Part shown: piece after piece, positions 47,197-57,046 of the stretch
Numbering within the stretch: the stretch's first letter is position 1
Layout: each line of letters opens with the position of its first letter
NCBI GenBank assembly: GCA_044450785.1
Contig: JBIOJM010000008.1
Location: 979-64,978, forward strand
Direction of reading: 5' to 3'
Source: Isosphaerales bacterium
GTDB lineage: Bacteria; Planctomycetota; Planctomycetia; Isosphaerales; Isosphaeraceae
DNA length: 64,000 bases
Made by a program: the position numbers and the translations under genes
The notes under the pieces: generated by a model
Databases searched by the model: none
What the model saw: the letters and a program-made list of their open reading frames with translations, nothing else
Told to the model about the DNA's origin: nothing

Positions 47197-47218
47197 CTGG
47201 TCGGCGACCTCGAACGCC

Positions 47219-47707
47219 TCACACCGGCACCAGCTCGCCGACGACGAACGGGACCGTCACGAACAGCGTCGCCAGGATCATGCCGGGAATCGCGTAGATC
47301 ACCCGAAAACCGGTTGATTCCAGACTGTGGCCCAGCCAGCCCTCGGGCCCGTACAGCAGAATCAGCATCAAGCCGGCCACGACCGGCGAGACGGCGAACG
47401 GCAAGTCCACGACTCCGTCCAGCAGTGCCCGACCCCAGAACCGCTGCCTGACGAGCACCAGCGCCAGTGTCAGCCCGAAGACGGTGTTCACCAGTGTGGC
47501 CAGAGCCGTGATGGCCAGTGTCAGTCCAAACGCCCGAAGAACCTCGGGCGTCGCCAACGTCTCGAAAAACGGACGAAAGCCGCCCGATAACACCTGCCGC
47601 AACAGCGCCACGCTCGGCACCAGGATCAGCAAGCCAAACCAGCCCAGGACCGCGGCGATCAACAGCCAGCGGCCGATCGGCCAGGCGCGCCGAGCCGTCA
47701 AAGCCAT
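47219..47707 (-). pseudogene. cysW: sulfate ABC permease CysW, truncated after ~160 codons
   Basis: MALTARRAWPIGRWLL...DLPFAVSPVVAGLMLILLYG...PGMILATLFVTVPFVVGELVPV* stops where intact CysW continues for ~120 more residues, including the EAA loop. Confidence 0.65.
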
Positions 47708-47738
47708 CGCTCCGGGACGGAATCCCGGTGCCGAGAGA

Positions 47739-48290
47739 TCAGTGGCCATGCTCGCTCCCCCACCGCCCTTGGATCCCATTCAAAACGACCAGGATCAGGA
47801 GCGAGCTCGCCAGCAGCACCGCCGACACGACGAGCGCCCCATGGCGGTTGCCGCTCTCGATCTCGCCGAAGATGTACAAGGGCGCCGTCTTGGTCGCCAG
47901 CGGCTGGTTGCCGGCCACCAGCACCACGCTGCCGAACTCGCCCAGCGCTCGGGAAAATGACAGCCCCGCCCCCGTGAGGATCGACGGCCAGAGCCCCGGC
48001 AGCGTCACCCGGCGAAACGTCGTCCACGCTCCGGCACCCAGCGTGGTCGCCGTGCCGGTCAGAGCGTTCACGACCACCATCACGAGCGCGGTGATGAAAG
48101 TGAGCTTCAGCGCGTGCCAGGCGTAAGGGTCACGCAGCGCTTCCCAGAACGCCGCCGCCCCAGGCCGCGCGGCCTCCACGACCAGCGCCGCCATGGGCAG
48201 AATGATCACCAGCCCCAGGTAGAACAAGGTCGTGCCCCGCAGCAAGAGGGCTGGTGCGCCGCCACTCATTTTCACGGTGCCTGAAGCCAT
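47739..48290 (-). pseudogene. cysT: sulfate ABC permease CysT with ~95-codon in-frame internal deletion
   Basis: ...LKLTFITALVMVVVNALTG|TATTLGAGAWTTFRRVTLP... jumps from the ...N.vfG region directly to the EAA-loop LGA..W.tF motif. 183 aa, against ~275 aa for typical CysT. Confidence 0.6.
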
Positions 48291-48337
48291 CCCCGATTAT
48301 CTCCCGGCTGCTCGTGCGGAAGTTTCGGCGGTGAAGA

Positions 48338-49066
48338 TCAAGGAATCGGCCGGCTCTCCCGGTTGCGCAGCAAGAGCTCGTTCTCGTAAGTGACGACCGC
48401 GTCACCAGTCCCCCGCTCGACGAAATTGGCCATGCTCTGCCGGCCCGACTGGTCCATGTTGACGACGTTGGCTTGCACCCTCTTGAGCAAGTTGCGCACC
48501 GCGCCTAGGTCCGGCCCGCTCTGGCCGTCCGGACGCGACGCCAGATACGCCGACCCATAGATCGCATTGATGTTCCACCGCGCTCCGCCGGAACTCTTGG
48601 GATCAGGATAGAGCACGCCGACGCCCGGCTTGGCCAGGTCAGACCAGTCCTTGATCTCCTTCGGATTGCCCGGCCGATGCCCGATGACCACCAGGCTATG
48701 CGTGATCATTCCCCCATTCGGCCAATCCTTCCACGTCGGCTTGATCCGGCCGGCTTTGGCCAGAACCTCCATATCCCCTTCATGGGAAAGGATCGCCACA
48801 TCCGTGTCAAACCCCGATGCGATTGCCCGCGCCTGGGCTCCCGACCCGAGGTATGACTCGCTGAACTTGAGCACGCGACCGGTCCGGCTCTTCCACTCGG
48901 CCGCGAACGCCGGGAGCAGACCGTCACGCAACACCTCGCGGACAACCGAATAGGCGCCGATCTTGAGCACGTCGGCGTTCGGATCGCGCGCTGGCCCACA
49001 GCCAGGTACCAACGGCACCAGTACAACGGCTGCAACCCAAATCCCAATCCTCGCCCAATCCCGCAT
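48338..49066 (-). pseudogene. sbp: sulfate/thiosulfate-binding protein, C-terminally truncated
   Basis: MRDWARIGIWVAAVVLVPLVPGCG is a lipoprotein-type signal. Also KPGVGVLYPDPKSSGGARWN and FVERGTGDAVVTYENELLL. The frame ends ~90 residues before the usual C-terminus. Confidence 0.6.
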
Positions 49067-49379
49067 GATCCTCGACTCCCGCACAAAGGACTCCAAAGTT
49101 CGATTGATACTTCTCAATTCGATCGGAGTTGTCAAGATTGAATCGAACTATCTCGACCGAATTAAGAAGGATTGTTGAAAATTGACGACGCCAGCATGAC
49201 GAGATGGATGACCCGAAGTGAGGTGATTACGGAACGGCCAATCGTGTAGACTGGGCATCTTCTCAATGAGTGTCGGTGACAGCGGAAGACTGCTCTGTGT
49301 CTTGTCCCCCGCGTGCGTGCCGACGGGAAGTCCGCCCAAAGCTGTCGGCTGTGCCTGCCACATTACTGGAGTCATATGC

Positions 49380-51038
49380 ATGTCGCGACCCTCGTCCTTT
49401 TTCGTCCTGAGCACGATCATTTTGGTCGGCGGGATCGGAGCCGATGAGCCGAACCCGGCTGCCGATCGACGCGAACCCTTGTTCGATGGACTGGGCTCAC
49501 GGAGCCGCCGGGTGACGACCGAATCGGCCGAAGCCCAGCGCTACGTCGACCAGGGGCTGAAATTCCTCTTCGCGTTCAATCATGACGAGGCGATCCGCTC
49601 CTTCCGTCAGGCGGCAACGCTTGACACGAGCTGCGCCATGGCCTGGTGGGGAATTGCCTATGCGTGCGGCCCGCACATCAATAAGCCGGCCGTCGACGAG
49701 CTCCACGCCCGCGAAGGGGCGGAGGCGTTGGCAAAAGCGCGCGAGCACAGGAACGAGGCAACGCCCGTCGAGCGTTCGCTGATCGAAGCCCTGTCGAGGC
49801 GCTACGCCAATCCCCCGCCCGACGACCGGAAACCGCTCGATCAGGCGTACGCGGACGCCATGGGCGCGGTCTGGAAGTCGAACCCCGGCGATACCGACGT
49901 CGGCGCACTCTACGCCGAGGCCCTGATGGATCTCCGCCCCTGGGACCTGTGGACGCACGACGGCCGCCCGCAGCCCGGCACGAACGAGATTCTCGCGGTG
50001 CTCGCGGCCGTGCTTGCGAAGGAACCGGCACACCCGCTGGCTCTGCACCTCACGATCCACGCCCAGGAGGCCTCGCCGCATCCCGAGCGGGCCGACGCCG
50101 ACGCCGACCGCCTCCGCGACCTCCAGCCCGGGCTGGCCCACTTGGTCCACATGCCCTCGCACATCGACGTCCGCCGCGGCCGCTGGAAGGAGGCAGAGCA
50201 GGCGAACGAGAAAGCGATCGCGGCCGACGAGGCCTATCGCAAGGTCCGGCCCAACCAGGGCTTCTATCGCCTGTACATGCTGCACAATCGCCACATGCTT
50301 GCGTTCGCCGCGACCATGCGCGGAGAGAGCGGGCGCGCGATCCGCGCGATCGACCAAATGATCGCCGCGGTGCCCCCGGAGTGGGCTCGACAGAACGCCG
50401 CGCTCGCCGACGGGGCCCTCGCCATGCCGCTGGAATTGCGGATGCGGTTCGGTCGGTGGGACGAGGTCCTCGCGACCGCTGAGCCGGACGAAATCTTCCC
50501 GACCGCCCGAGCCTTCCGCCATGCCGTCCGGGGCGCCGCGCTCGCCGCCAAAGGGAAAGTCGATGCGGCCAGGAGCGAGCTCGCCGCGCTCGTCGAGGCG
50601 AAGCGACGCGTCCCGGACTCGTCGCTCATCGTCATCAACAAGGCCGTCGATGTGCTCAACGTGGCCGAGCAGCTCCTCACCGGCGAGATACTCTACCGCG
50701 AAGCGAAGCCGGACGAAGCATTCGCGGCGCTCCGCGAAGCTGTCCGCCTCGAGGACGCGCTGCGCTACTCGGAGCCTCCCGACTGGATCATCCCCGTGCG
50801 CCACGCGCTCGGCGCCGCGCTCATGCAGTCGGGCCGCCATGCCGAGGCCGAACCGGTCTATCGCGACGACCTGAACCGTCACCCCGAGAACGGCTGGTCG
50901 CTGTTCGGCCTGGCGCGAAGCCTGGAGCTCCAGGGCAAGACGGATGAGGCAAGTCGCGTACGAACGCGGTTCGAGAAAGCCTGGGCCGACGCCGACGTCA
51001 AGCTCTCCGCGTCGTGCTTCTGCCAGCCCGGGGTCTGA
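49380..51038 (+). CDS. secreted TPR-like repeat protein (HMPSH motif family)
   Basis: MSRPSSFFVLSTIILVGGIGA signal; LVHMPSHIDVRRGRWKEAEQANEKAIAADEAY. The rest is helical repeat throughout. Confidence 0.7.
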   Translation: MSRPSSFFVLSTIILVGGIGADEPNPAADRREPLFDGLGSRSRRVTTESAEAQRYVDQGLKFLFAFNHDEAIRSFRQAATLDTSCAMAWWGIAYACGPHINKPAVDELHAREGAEALAKAREHRNEATPVERSLIEALSRRYANPPPDDRKPLDQAYADAMGAVWKSNPGDTDVGALYAEALMDLRPWDLWTHDGRPQPGTNEILAVLAAVLAKEPAHPLALHLTIHAQEASPHPERADADADRLRDLQPGLAHLVHMPSHIDVRRGRWKEAEQANEKAIAADEAYRKVRPNQGFYRLYMLHNRHMLAFAATMRGESGRAIRAIDQMIAAVPPEWARQNAALADGALAMPLELRMRFGRWDEVLATAEPDEIFPTARAFRHAVRGAALAAKGKVDAARSELAALVEAKRRVPDSSLIVINKAVDVLNVAEQLLTGEILYREAKPDEAFAALREAVRLEDALRYSEPPDWIIPVRHALGAALMQSGRHAEAEPVYRDDLNRHPENGWSLFGLARSLELQGKTDEASRVRTRFEKAWADADVKLSASCFCQPGV

Positions 51039-51063
51039 GCGGCCATTCAAGAGGAGGAGCCCG

Positions 51064-52212
51064 ATGGAGCCCAATATGATTGGCGCCTATGGTCCGTGGG
51101 CGGCGGGGCTGATCCCCGAAGGGCCGGCGCGGCTATCGTTTCGCAACCCGCGGTTCCCGGCCGGTGACCTGGATGGTTGGCGCGCCGCGGCGCGGGCGCG
51201 GCTCCGTGGCTGCTTGATGCAGCCTGACTCCGGCTTGGTCCCGAAAGCGCAGCTTCAGCATCAGCTCGTCCACGACGGCCTGCACATCGAGCACTTGAGC
51301 TGGCAGCTCCCTTATGGACCGCCGACGGAGGCCGTGCTGTTGAAACCGGCCGGCGCGCGCGGCCGGCTCCCTGCCGTACTCGGGCTGCACGACCATGGCG
51401 GCAACAAGTACTTCGGCTGGCGCAAGATCGCCCAGATCGGCAACCAGGTCCATCCGATGATGAAGGAGCACCGCGACCACTATTACGGTGGCGTGAGCTG
51501 GGCCAACGAGCTCGCCAGGCGTGGTTTCGCCGTCTTGATCCACGACGCGTTCGCCTTCGCCAGCCGGCGCGTGCGGGCCGGAGACCTGCCGGCGGTCGTT
51601 CGCAAGGGTCTCAAGGAAGTCAACCCCGAGTCGGAGGAAGAGATCAAGGCGTATAACCGTTTCGCCTCCGACCACGAGCACTTGATGTCGAAGAGCCTCT
51701 TCTGCGCGGGCACCACCTGGCCGGGCGTCTTCACCGCCGAAGACCAGCGCGCGCTCGATTATCTGTGCTCGCGCGATGACGTCGATCCCACCCGCGTCGG
51801 CTGCGGGGGCCTCTCTGGCGGCGGCCTTCGCACGGTCTACCTCGCCGGCCTCGACGACCGCATCCGTTGCGCCTGCTGCGTCGGCATGATGACCACCTGG
51901 CGCGATTACCTATTAAACAAATGTTATACGCACACGTGGATGGTTTACATCCCCGGCATTCCGTTCGACCTGGATTACCCCGAGATCCTCGGCCTGCGCG
52001 TCCCGCTGGCCACCCTGGTGCAGAACGATGAGGCGGATCAACTCTTCACCATCGGCGAGATGCGCCGTGCCGACCGCATCCTGGGCGAGGTCTACGCCAA
52101 GGCCGGCGCGGGCGACCGCTACAAGTGCTCATTCTACCCTGGCCCGCATCGGTTCGACCGGCCCATGCAGGCCGAGGCGTTCGACTGGTTCGAGCGCTGG
52201 CTCAAAGCGTGA
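51064..52212 (+). CDS. alpha/beta hydrolase (dienelactone hydrolase / acetyl-xylan-esterase-like)
   Basis: LGLHDHGGNKYFG...GCGGLSGGGLRT is a GxSxG nucleophile elbow. ATG 51064 was chosen (MEPNMIGAY...). Confidence 0.7.
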   Translation: MEPNMIGAYGPWAAGLIPEGPARLSFRNPRFPAGDLDGWRAAARARLRGCLMQPDSGLVPKAQLQHQLVHDGLHIEHLSWQLPYGPPTEAVLLKPAGARGRLPAVLGLHDHGGNKYFGWRKIAQIGNQVHPMMKEHRDHYYGGVSWANELARRGFAVLIHDAFAFASRRVRAGDLPAVVRKGLKEVNPESEEEIKAYNRFASDHEHLMSKSLFCAGTTWPGVFTAEDQRALDYLCSRDDVDPTRVGCGGLSGGGLRTVYLAGLDDRIRCACCVGMMTTWRDYLLNKCYTHTWMVYIPGIPFDLDYPEILGLRVPLATLVQNDEADQLFTIGEMRRADRILGEVYAKAGAGDRYKCSFYPGPHRFDRPMQAEAFDWFERWLKA

Positions 52213-52389
52213 GGGCGACCCGACTTCCAGACGGATTCGTTGATCGTGACCGAAGCTCGACGCGGGTTTGCTTACGCACCGAAAACGCGGACCAAGCGTC
52301 TCCAGCCCGGTGGACTCCAGCCATTGCACAAGTTCGGCGCTTCCGTTTAACTTGGAAGAACAGGAAAAAAACCGCTCCGGGGGTTCGAC

Positions 52390-52662
52390 ATGGGTATTCT
52401 CGTCGGTCACATCAAAAGGAATCCGGAGGTGTGCGGCGGCCGGCCGTGCGTCGCGGGCACGAGGATCCGCGTCCAGGACATCTATTCCTGGCACGAATGT
52501 GAGGGGCTCTCGCCTGACGAGATCGTCTCACATTTCCCCCAGCTCACTTTGGCCGACGTCTATGCCGCGCTTTCCTACTACTGGGATCACCGTGACGAAA
52601 TGCAGCGGCAAATCAAGGAGGACAAGGCGTTCATCGACGAGATGAAGCGGAATAATCCCTGA
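52390..52662 (+). CDS. DUF433-domain protein (second copy)
   Basis: [62 protein letters not shown]. Confidence 0.8.
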   Translation: MGILVGHIKRNPEVCGGRPCVAGTRIRVQDIYSWHECEGLSPDEIVSHFPQLTLADVYAALSYYWDHRDEMQRQIKEDKAFIDEMKRNNP

Positions 52663-52708
52663 TTGCTTGGAGCCCGTGGATATGCTCAATCGGGTGGAAT
52701 TCGTCTGA
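52652..52708 (+). pseudogene. C-terminal stub of a DUF5615 gene
   Basis: [18 protein letters not shown] matches only the family C-terminus (..L.P.em.nRVEfl). Nothing of the core remains. Confidence 0.4.
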
Positions 52709-52727
52709 CGTTCAACCGCGCTGGGGT

Positions 52728-52756
52728 TTGACGCCAGACTCGCTAACCGATAAAGT
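52728..52756 (+). promoter_or_regulatory. sigma-70-like promoter candidate for rpsB-tsf
   Basis: TTGACG (52728-33), a 17-nt spacer, then TAAAGT (52751-56), ~110 nt upstream of the rpsB start. Confidence 0.3.
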
Positions 52757-52868
52757 GGGCATCACGTGCCTCTTTTTGGTTGGAGTTTCAACCCGAACAA
52801 GGTCGCCCCGCGCGCATCGCCCGGGGATTCTCGGCCGGATTAAGATCGCGCTATCCGGAGGGTTCTTC

Positions 52869-53792
52869 GTGCCGCTCGTCGTCAAGGATTTCATCGATGC
52901 CGGCGTCCACTATGGTCACCGCGCCAGCCGGTGGAACCCCAAAATGAAGCCGTATATCTACGGCAAGCGCAACCTGATTCACATCATCGACTTGAAAGAG
53001 ACCGTTCGCGGTCTGCTCCGCGCAATCAAGTTCTTCACCCGCGTCGCCTCTTCCAACGGCCTGATCCTGTTCGTCGGTACCAAGCGCCAGGCGGCCGATA
53101 CCGTCATCGAGCAGTGCAACCGCTCCGGAATGCCCTACGTGACCGAGCGGTGGCTGGGGGGGACGCTGACCAACTTCCGGACCATCCGCAGCCGGCTCCA
53201 GCGGCTCGAGGAGCTCGAAAACACGCTAGACAGCGAACAAGCCGCCTCGTACTCGAAGAAGATGATCGCGACTCTCAACCGCGAACGGCGGAAGATCGAG
53301 CGCAACCTGAGCGGCATCCGGCACATGAACCGGCTGCCCGAAGCCTTGCTGGTCATCGACCCGCGCCGCGAACATATCGCGGTCGCTGAAGCGCGGAAGC
53401 TCGGCATCAAGGTCGTCGCCGTGCTCGACACCGACTGCGACCCCGATCAGATCGATCTGCCCATCCCCGGCAACGACGACAGCATGCGGTCGATCGAGTT
53501 GTTGATCAAACAACTGACCGACGCGATTATCGAGGGAAGGGCCGCCGCCCCCGCCGAACCACCGCCCCCTGCTGACGCAGGGCAAGGACGTGGCGAGCGC
53601 GACCGGCGGCGCGGACCGGCTCGCGGCGGGGGCGCAGGCCCCGGCCTGCGCAGCGCGGTCAAGCAGCGCGAAGGCGGAACCAAAGCCGACCCCGGTGTGT
53701 CTGAACCAACGCCGGAGGGAACGGAAGAGGCGACCGAGCCGGCCAGCACACCCGCCGACGCCGGCGAGCCGGCACCCACCGAAGGACAATGA
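52869..53792 (+). CDS. rpsB: 30S ribosomal protein S2 with ~80-aa low-complexity C-terminal extension
   Basis: GTG 52869 is preceded by [44 protein letters not shown]... Confidence 0.9.
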   Translation: MPLVVKDFIDAGVHYGHRASRWNPKMKPYIYGKRNLIHIIDLKETVRGLLRAIKFFTRVASSNGLILFVGTKRQAADTVIEQCNRSGMPYVTERWLGGTLTNFRTIRSRLQRLEELENTLDSEQAASYSKKMIATLNRERRKIERNLSGIRHMNRLPEALLVIDPRREHIAVAEARKLGIKVVAVLDTDCDPDQIDLPIPGNDDSMRSIELLIKQLTDAIIEGRAAAPAEPPPPADAGQGRGERDRRRGPARGGGAGPGLRSAVKQREGGTKADPGVSEPTPEGTEEATEPASTPADAGEPAPTEGQ

Positions 53793-53814
53793 ACCATAAC
53801 GAGGAGTCACGCAG

Positions 53815-54411
<597 letters not shown>

Positions 54412-54544
54412 GCTCCCCCCTCACCCGGTTCAAGCCGAGGCCGTCCGAATCCGCAATCGGCAATCCTGGAATCCGAGTTCCCGGAATCAACCTCCCACCG
54501 GTTTATTGAACTCAGGTTGCGCGAGCCCACAAGGATTCGATCTC

Positions 54545-55318
54545 ATGGACTCCAGCCTCCCAACCGGTCCGTCGGTCTTCCGCCGCGTCCTGCTCAAGCT
54601 TTCCGGCGAAAGCTTCTGCCGGCCGGGCCAGGGGGGCATCAGCATCGAGGAGGTCAGCCGGATTGCGCTCCAGACCGCGCGGGTGGCCGCGCGCGACGTT
54701 CAACTGGCGATTGTCGTGGGTGGTGGGAACATCCTGCGCGGCGCACAGCTCTCCCGCGGCTCCGACGTGATCAAGGAAGCCACCGCCCACTACATGGGCA
54801 TGACGGCTACCGTGATCAACGGCTTGGCCCTCCAGGACGCACTCGAGCACGAGGGGTGTGCGACCCGCCTGATGAGCACCATCCGCATGGACGAAGTGGC
54901 CGAGCCATTCATCCGACGCCGGGCGCTCTCCCATCTCGACCGGGGACGCGTGGTCATCCTCGCCACGGGGACGGGAAGCCCCTTCGTCACGACCGACACC
55001 GCCGCCGCCCTGCGGGGCAAGGAGCTCGGAGTCGACGTCCTGCTCAAGGCCACCCGCGTCGATGGAGTCTACTCGGCCGACCCCGAAAAAAACCCGCACG
55101 CCGTCCTCTACGAACACCTCACCTACGACCATGTGATGCGCGACCAGCTCAAGGTCATGGATATGACGGCCATCGGAATGTGCCTGGAAAACCGGCTGCC
55201 GATCCTGGTGTTCAACTTCAAGAAAGAAGGGAACATCGAACGGGCCATCGCCGGGGAGTCCATCGGCACCTGGGTCGGCAACACACCCCGGCCCAGGCCG
55301 GGCTCCCAGCACTCCTGA
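54545..55318 (+). CDS. pyrH: UMP kinase
   Basis: [13 protein letters not shown]...[12 protein letters not shown]...[17 protein letters not shown]...[19 protein letters not shown]...VDGVYSADP. Confidence 0.9.
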   Translation: MDSSLPTGPSVFRRVLLKLSGESFCRPGQGGISIEEVSRIALQTARVAARDVQLAIVVGGGNILRGAQLSRGSDVIKEATAHYMGMTATVINGLALQDALEHEGCATRLMSTIRMDEVAEPFIRRRALSHLDRGRVVILATGTGSPFVTTDTAAALRGKELGVDVLLKATRVDGVYSADPEKNPHAVLYEHLTYDHVMRDQLKVMDMTAIGMCLENRLPILVFNFKKEGNIERAIAGESIGTWVGNTPRPRPGSQHS

Positions 55319-55336
55319 GCGAAAGGTGCACCCACA

Positions 55337-55897
55337 ATGAGCATCGAAGAAATCGCATTTGAAGCGGAAGAGCGTATGGAAAAAAGCGTGACGTTGCTCG
55401 CCGAGCAGATGCGCGGCCTCCGGACCGGCCGCGCCAACGTCGGTCTGGTGGAATCGATCCGGGTTGACTATTACGGCTCGCTGACCCCGCTCAAGCAGAT
55501 GGCCAACCTCAGCACGCCCGAACCCCAGCAGATCTTGATCCGCCCGTTCGATCCCTCGGTGATCGGCGACGTCGTCAAGGCGATCCAGACGAGCGAGCTG
55601 GGACTTTCTCCCAACTCCGACGGCAAGGTGGTTCGCCTCAATGTCCCGCCCCTGTCGGTCGAACAGCGCAAGAAGCTGGCCAATCGCGTCAAAGAGCTTG
55701 CCGAGGAGGCGCGGGTGTCGATCCGTAACATCCGCCGCGACGCCAACAAGCGGGCCGACCTGGAAGAAACCGAGAAGGTCCTCACCGAGGACGACGTCAA
55801 GACTTGCAAAGACGAAATCCAATCGTTGACCAAGCGGTTCGAGGCCAAGGTCAACGAGATGGCCGAAAAGAAGTCCGCCGAGATCATGGAGATCTGA
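55337..55897 (+). CDS. frr: ribosome recycling factor
   Basis: MEKSVTLLAEQMRGLRTGRANVGLVESIRVDYYGSLTPLKQMANLSTPEPQQILIRPFD... Confidence 0.9.
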   Translation: MSIEEIAFEAEERMEKSVTLLAEQMRGLRTGRANVGLVESIRVDYYGSLTPLKQMANLSTPEPQQILIRPFDPSVIGDVVKAIQTSELGLSPNSDGKVVRLNVPPLSVEQRKKLANRVKELAEEARVSIRNIRRDANKRADLEETEKVLTEDDVKTCKDEIQSLTKRFEAKVNEMAEKKSAEIMEI

Positions 55898-56027
55898 CAC
55901 GCAACCAAAACGTGCCCCGCGGCCCGGCGAGAACGAATCGATCGTCTGCGATCACTCGGAACCCTGGAATCGCCACCGCCTTGACCGGCCGGCACGATCT
56001 CACCTATAACGAAGAAAGCACAGATCC

Positions 56028-56101
56028 GGGCGATTAGCTCAGTTGGTTAGAGCGCATGCTCGACACGCATGAGGTCAGAGGTTCGAGCCCTCTATCGCCC
56101 A
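56028..56101 (+). tRNA. tRNA-Val: tRNA-Val (anticodon GAC), no encoded CCA, position 33 = C
   Basis: Cloverleaf: GGGCGAT TA GCTC AGTTGGTTA GAGC G CATGC TCGACAC GCATG AGGTC AGAGG TTCGAGC CCTCT ATCGCCC A. Confidence 0.85.
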
Positions 56102-56114
56102 TTGTTAAACGCTT

Positions 56115-56957
56115 TCAGCGGGTTGTCCACGCCCCGACAAGGGGTATGTACGTGATTTGACACTCAGCCGCACAGGTCTCGCGCTCGAGCCGGTACGCCA
56201 GCGTGTCCACCTGGACTTGGGCGGCGGTGGCGATCCCGAACTGCTCCATGCTCGGCAAGAGGCTGCGGACGATCTCGGCGCTGTTTTCGCAGTACGGCCT
56301 CATCGCCGCCCCGCCGCCGACGGTTAAATGCTCCAGCACTGTCGGCCCCGGCAATCCCGCGCGTCGAAACACGTGGTAGAGCCTGGCCCCGATGTCGTAG
56401 TGCACACCTCCGCGGCGAAACGTCTCGGCGACCCATTCCTGAACCTGCTGCCAGAGAGCGACCGGCGGCGCGGTGGCGATCCCGACTCGGAAATCCGGTT
56501 CTTGCACGACGACGAGCCCGCCGGTCCTCACGAGGCTGGAAACCTGGCGCAGCGTCGCGACGGGGTCGGCCTGGTACATGAGGACGAATCGGCCGACGAC
56601 CGCATCGAACGATTCCGTCGTTGTGAACCTGTCGACGGCCCGTTCCTCGAATCTGACCCACGTCAAACCGCTCTCGTTCGCGCGCTCGCGCGCCACCGCC
56701 AGCACGCCCGGATCAAGGTCGATCCCGACCACGCATCCGGTCGGGCCGACCAGCTCCGCCGCGAGGAAGCTGACATCGCCGGCGCCGCAGCCGAGATCCA
56801 GGACGTGCATCCCCTCGGCGATGCCGGCCTTCCGGAAGACGCGTTCGGTCGACGGCCGCAGGAAACCTGATTGCTTGATGAGCCGCTGACTTTCCGCCTC
56901 CGACCGACCCAGGACGTATTGGGGAGCGGCAGGCTGACTATCCATGCGTCTCCTCAA
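56115..56957 (-). CDS. class I SAM-dependent methyltransferase
   Basis: HVLDLGCGAGDVSFLAAELVGPTGCVVGIDLDPGVLAVARERA...FDAVVGRFVLMY. Confidence 0.8.
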   Translation of the reverse strand: MRRRMDSQPAAPQYVLGRSEAESQRLIKQSGFLRPSTERVFRKAGIAEGMHVLDLGCGAGDVSFLAAELVGPTGCVVGIDLDPGVLAVARERANESGLTWVRFEERAVDRFTTTESFDAVVGRFVLMYQADPVATLRQVSSLVRTGGLVVVQEPDFRVGIATAPPVALWQQVQEWVAETFRRGGVHYDIGARLYHVFRRAGLPGPTVLEHLTVGGGAAMRPYCENSAEIVRSLLPSMEQFGIATAAQVQVDTLAYRLERETCAAECQITYIPLVGAWTTR

Positions 56958-57046
56958 TCGATCGGTTCGGACATGTGGTCAATTCCCCCAGTGCGCCTGG
57001 ATCAGTGGACATGATCTTGGTGACATACGCGGTGGGGTGCACCAGG

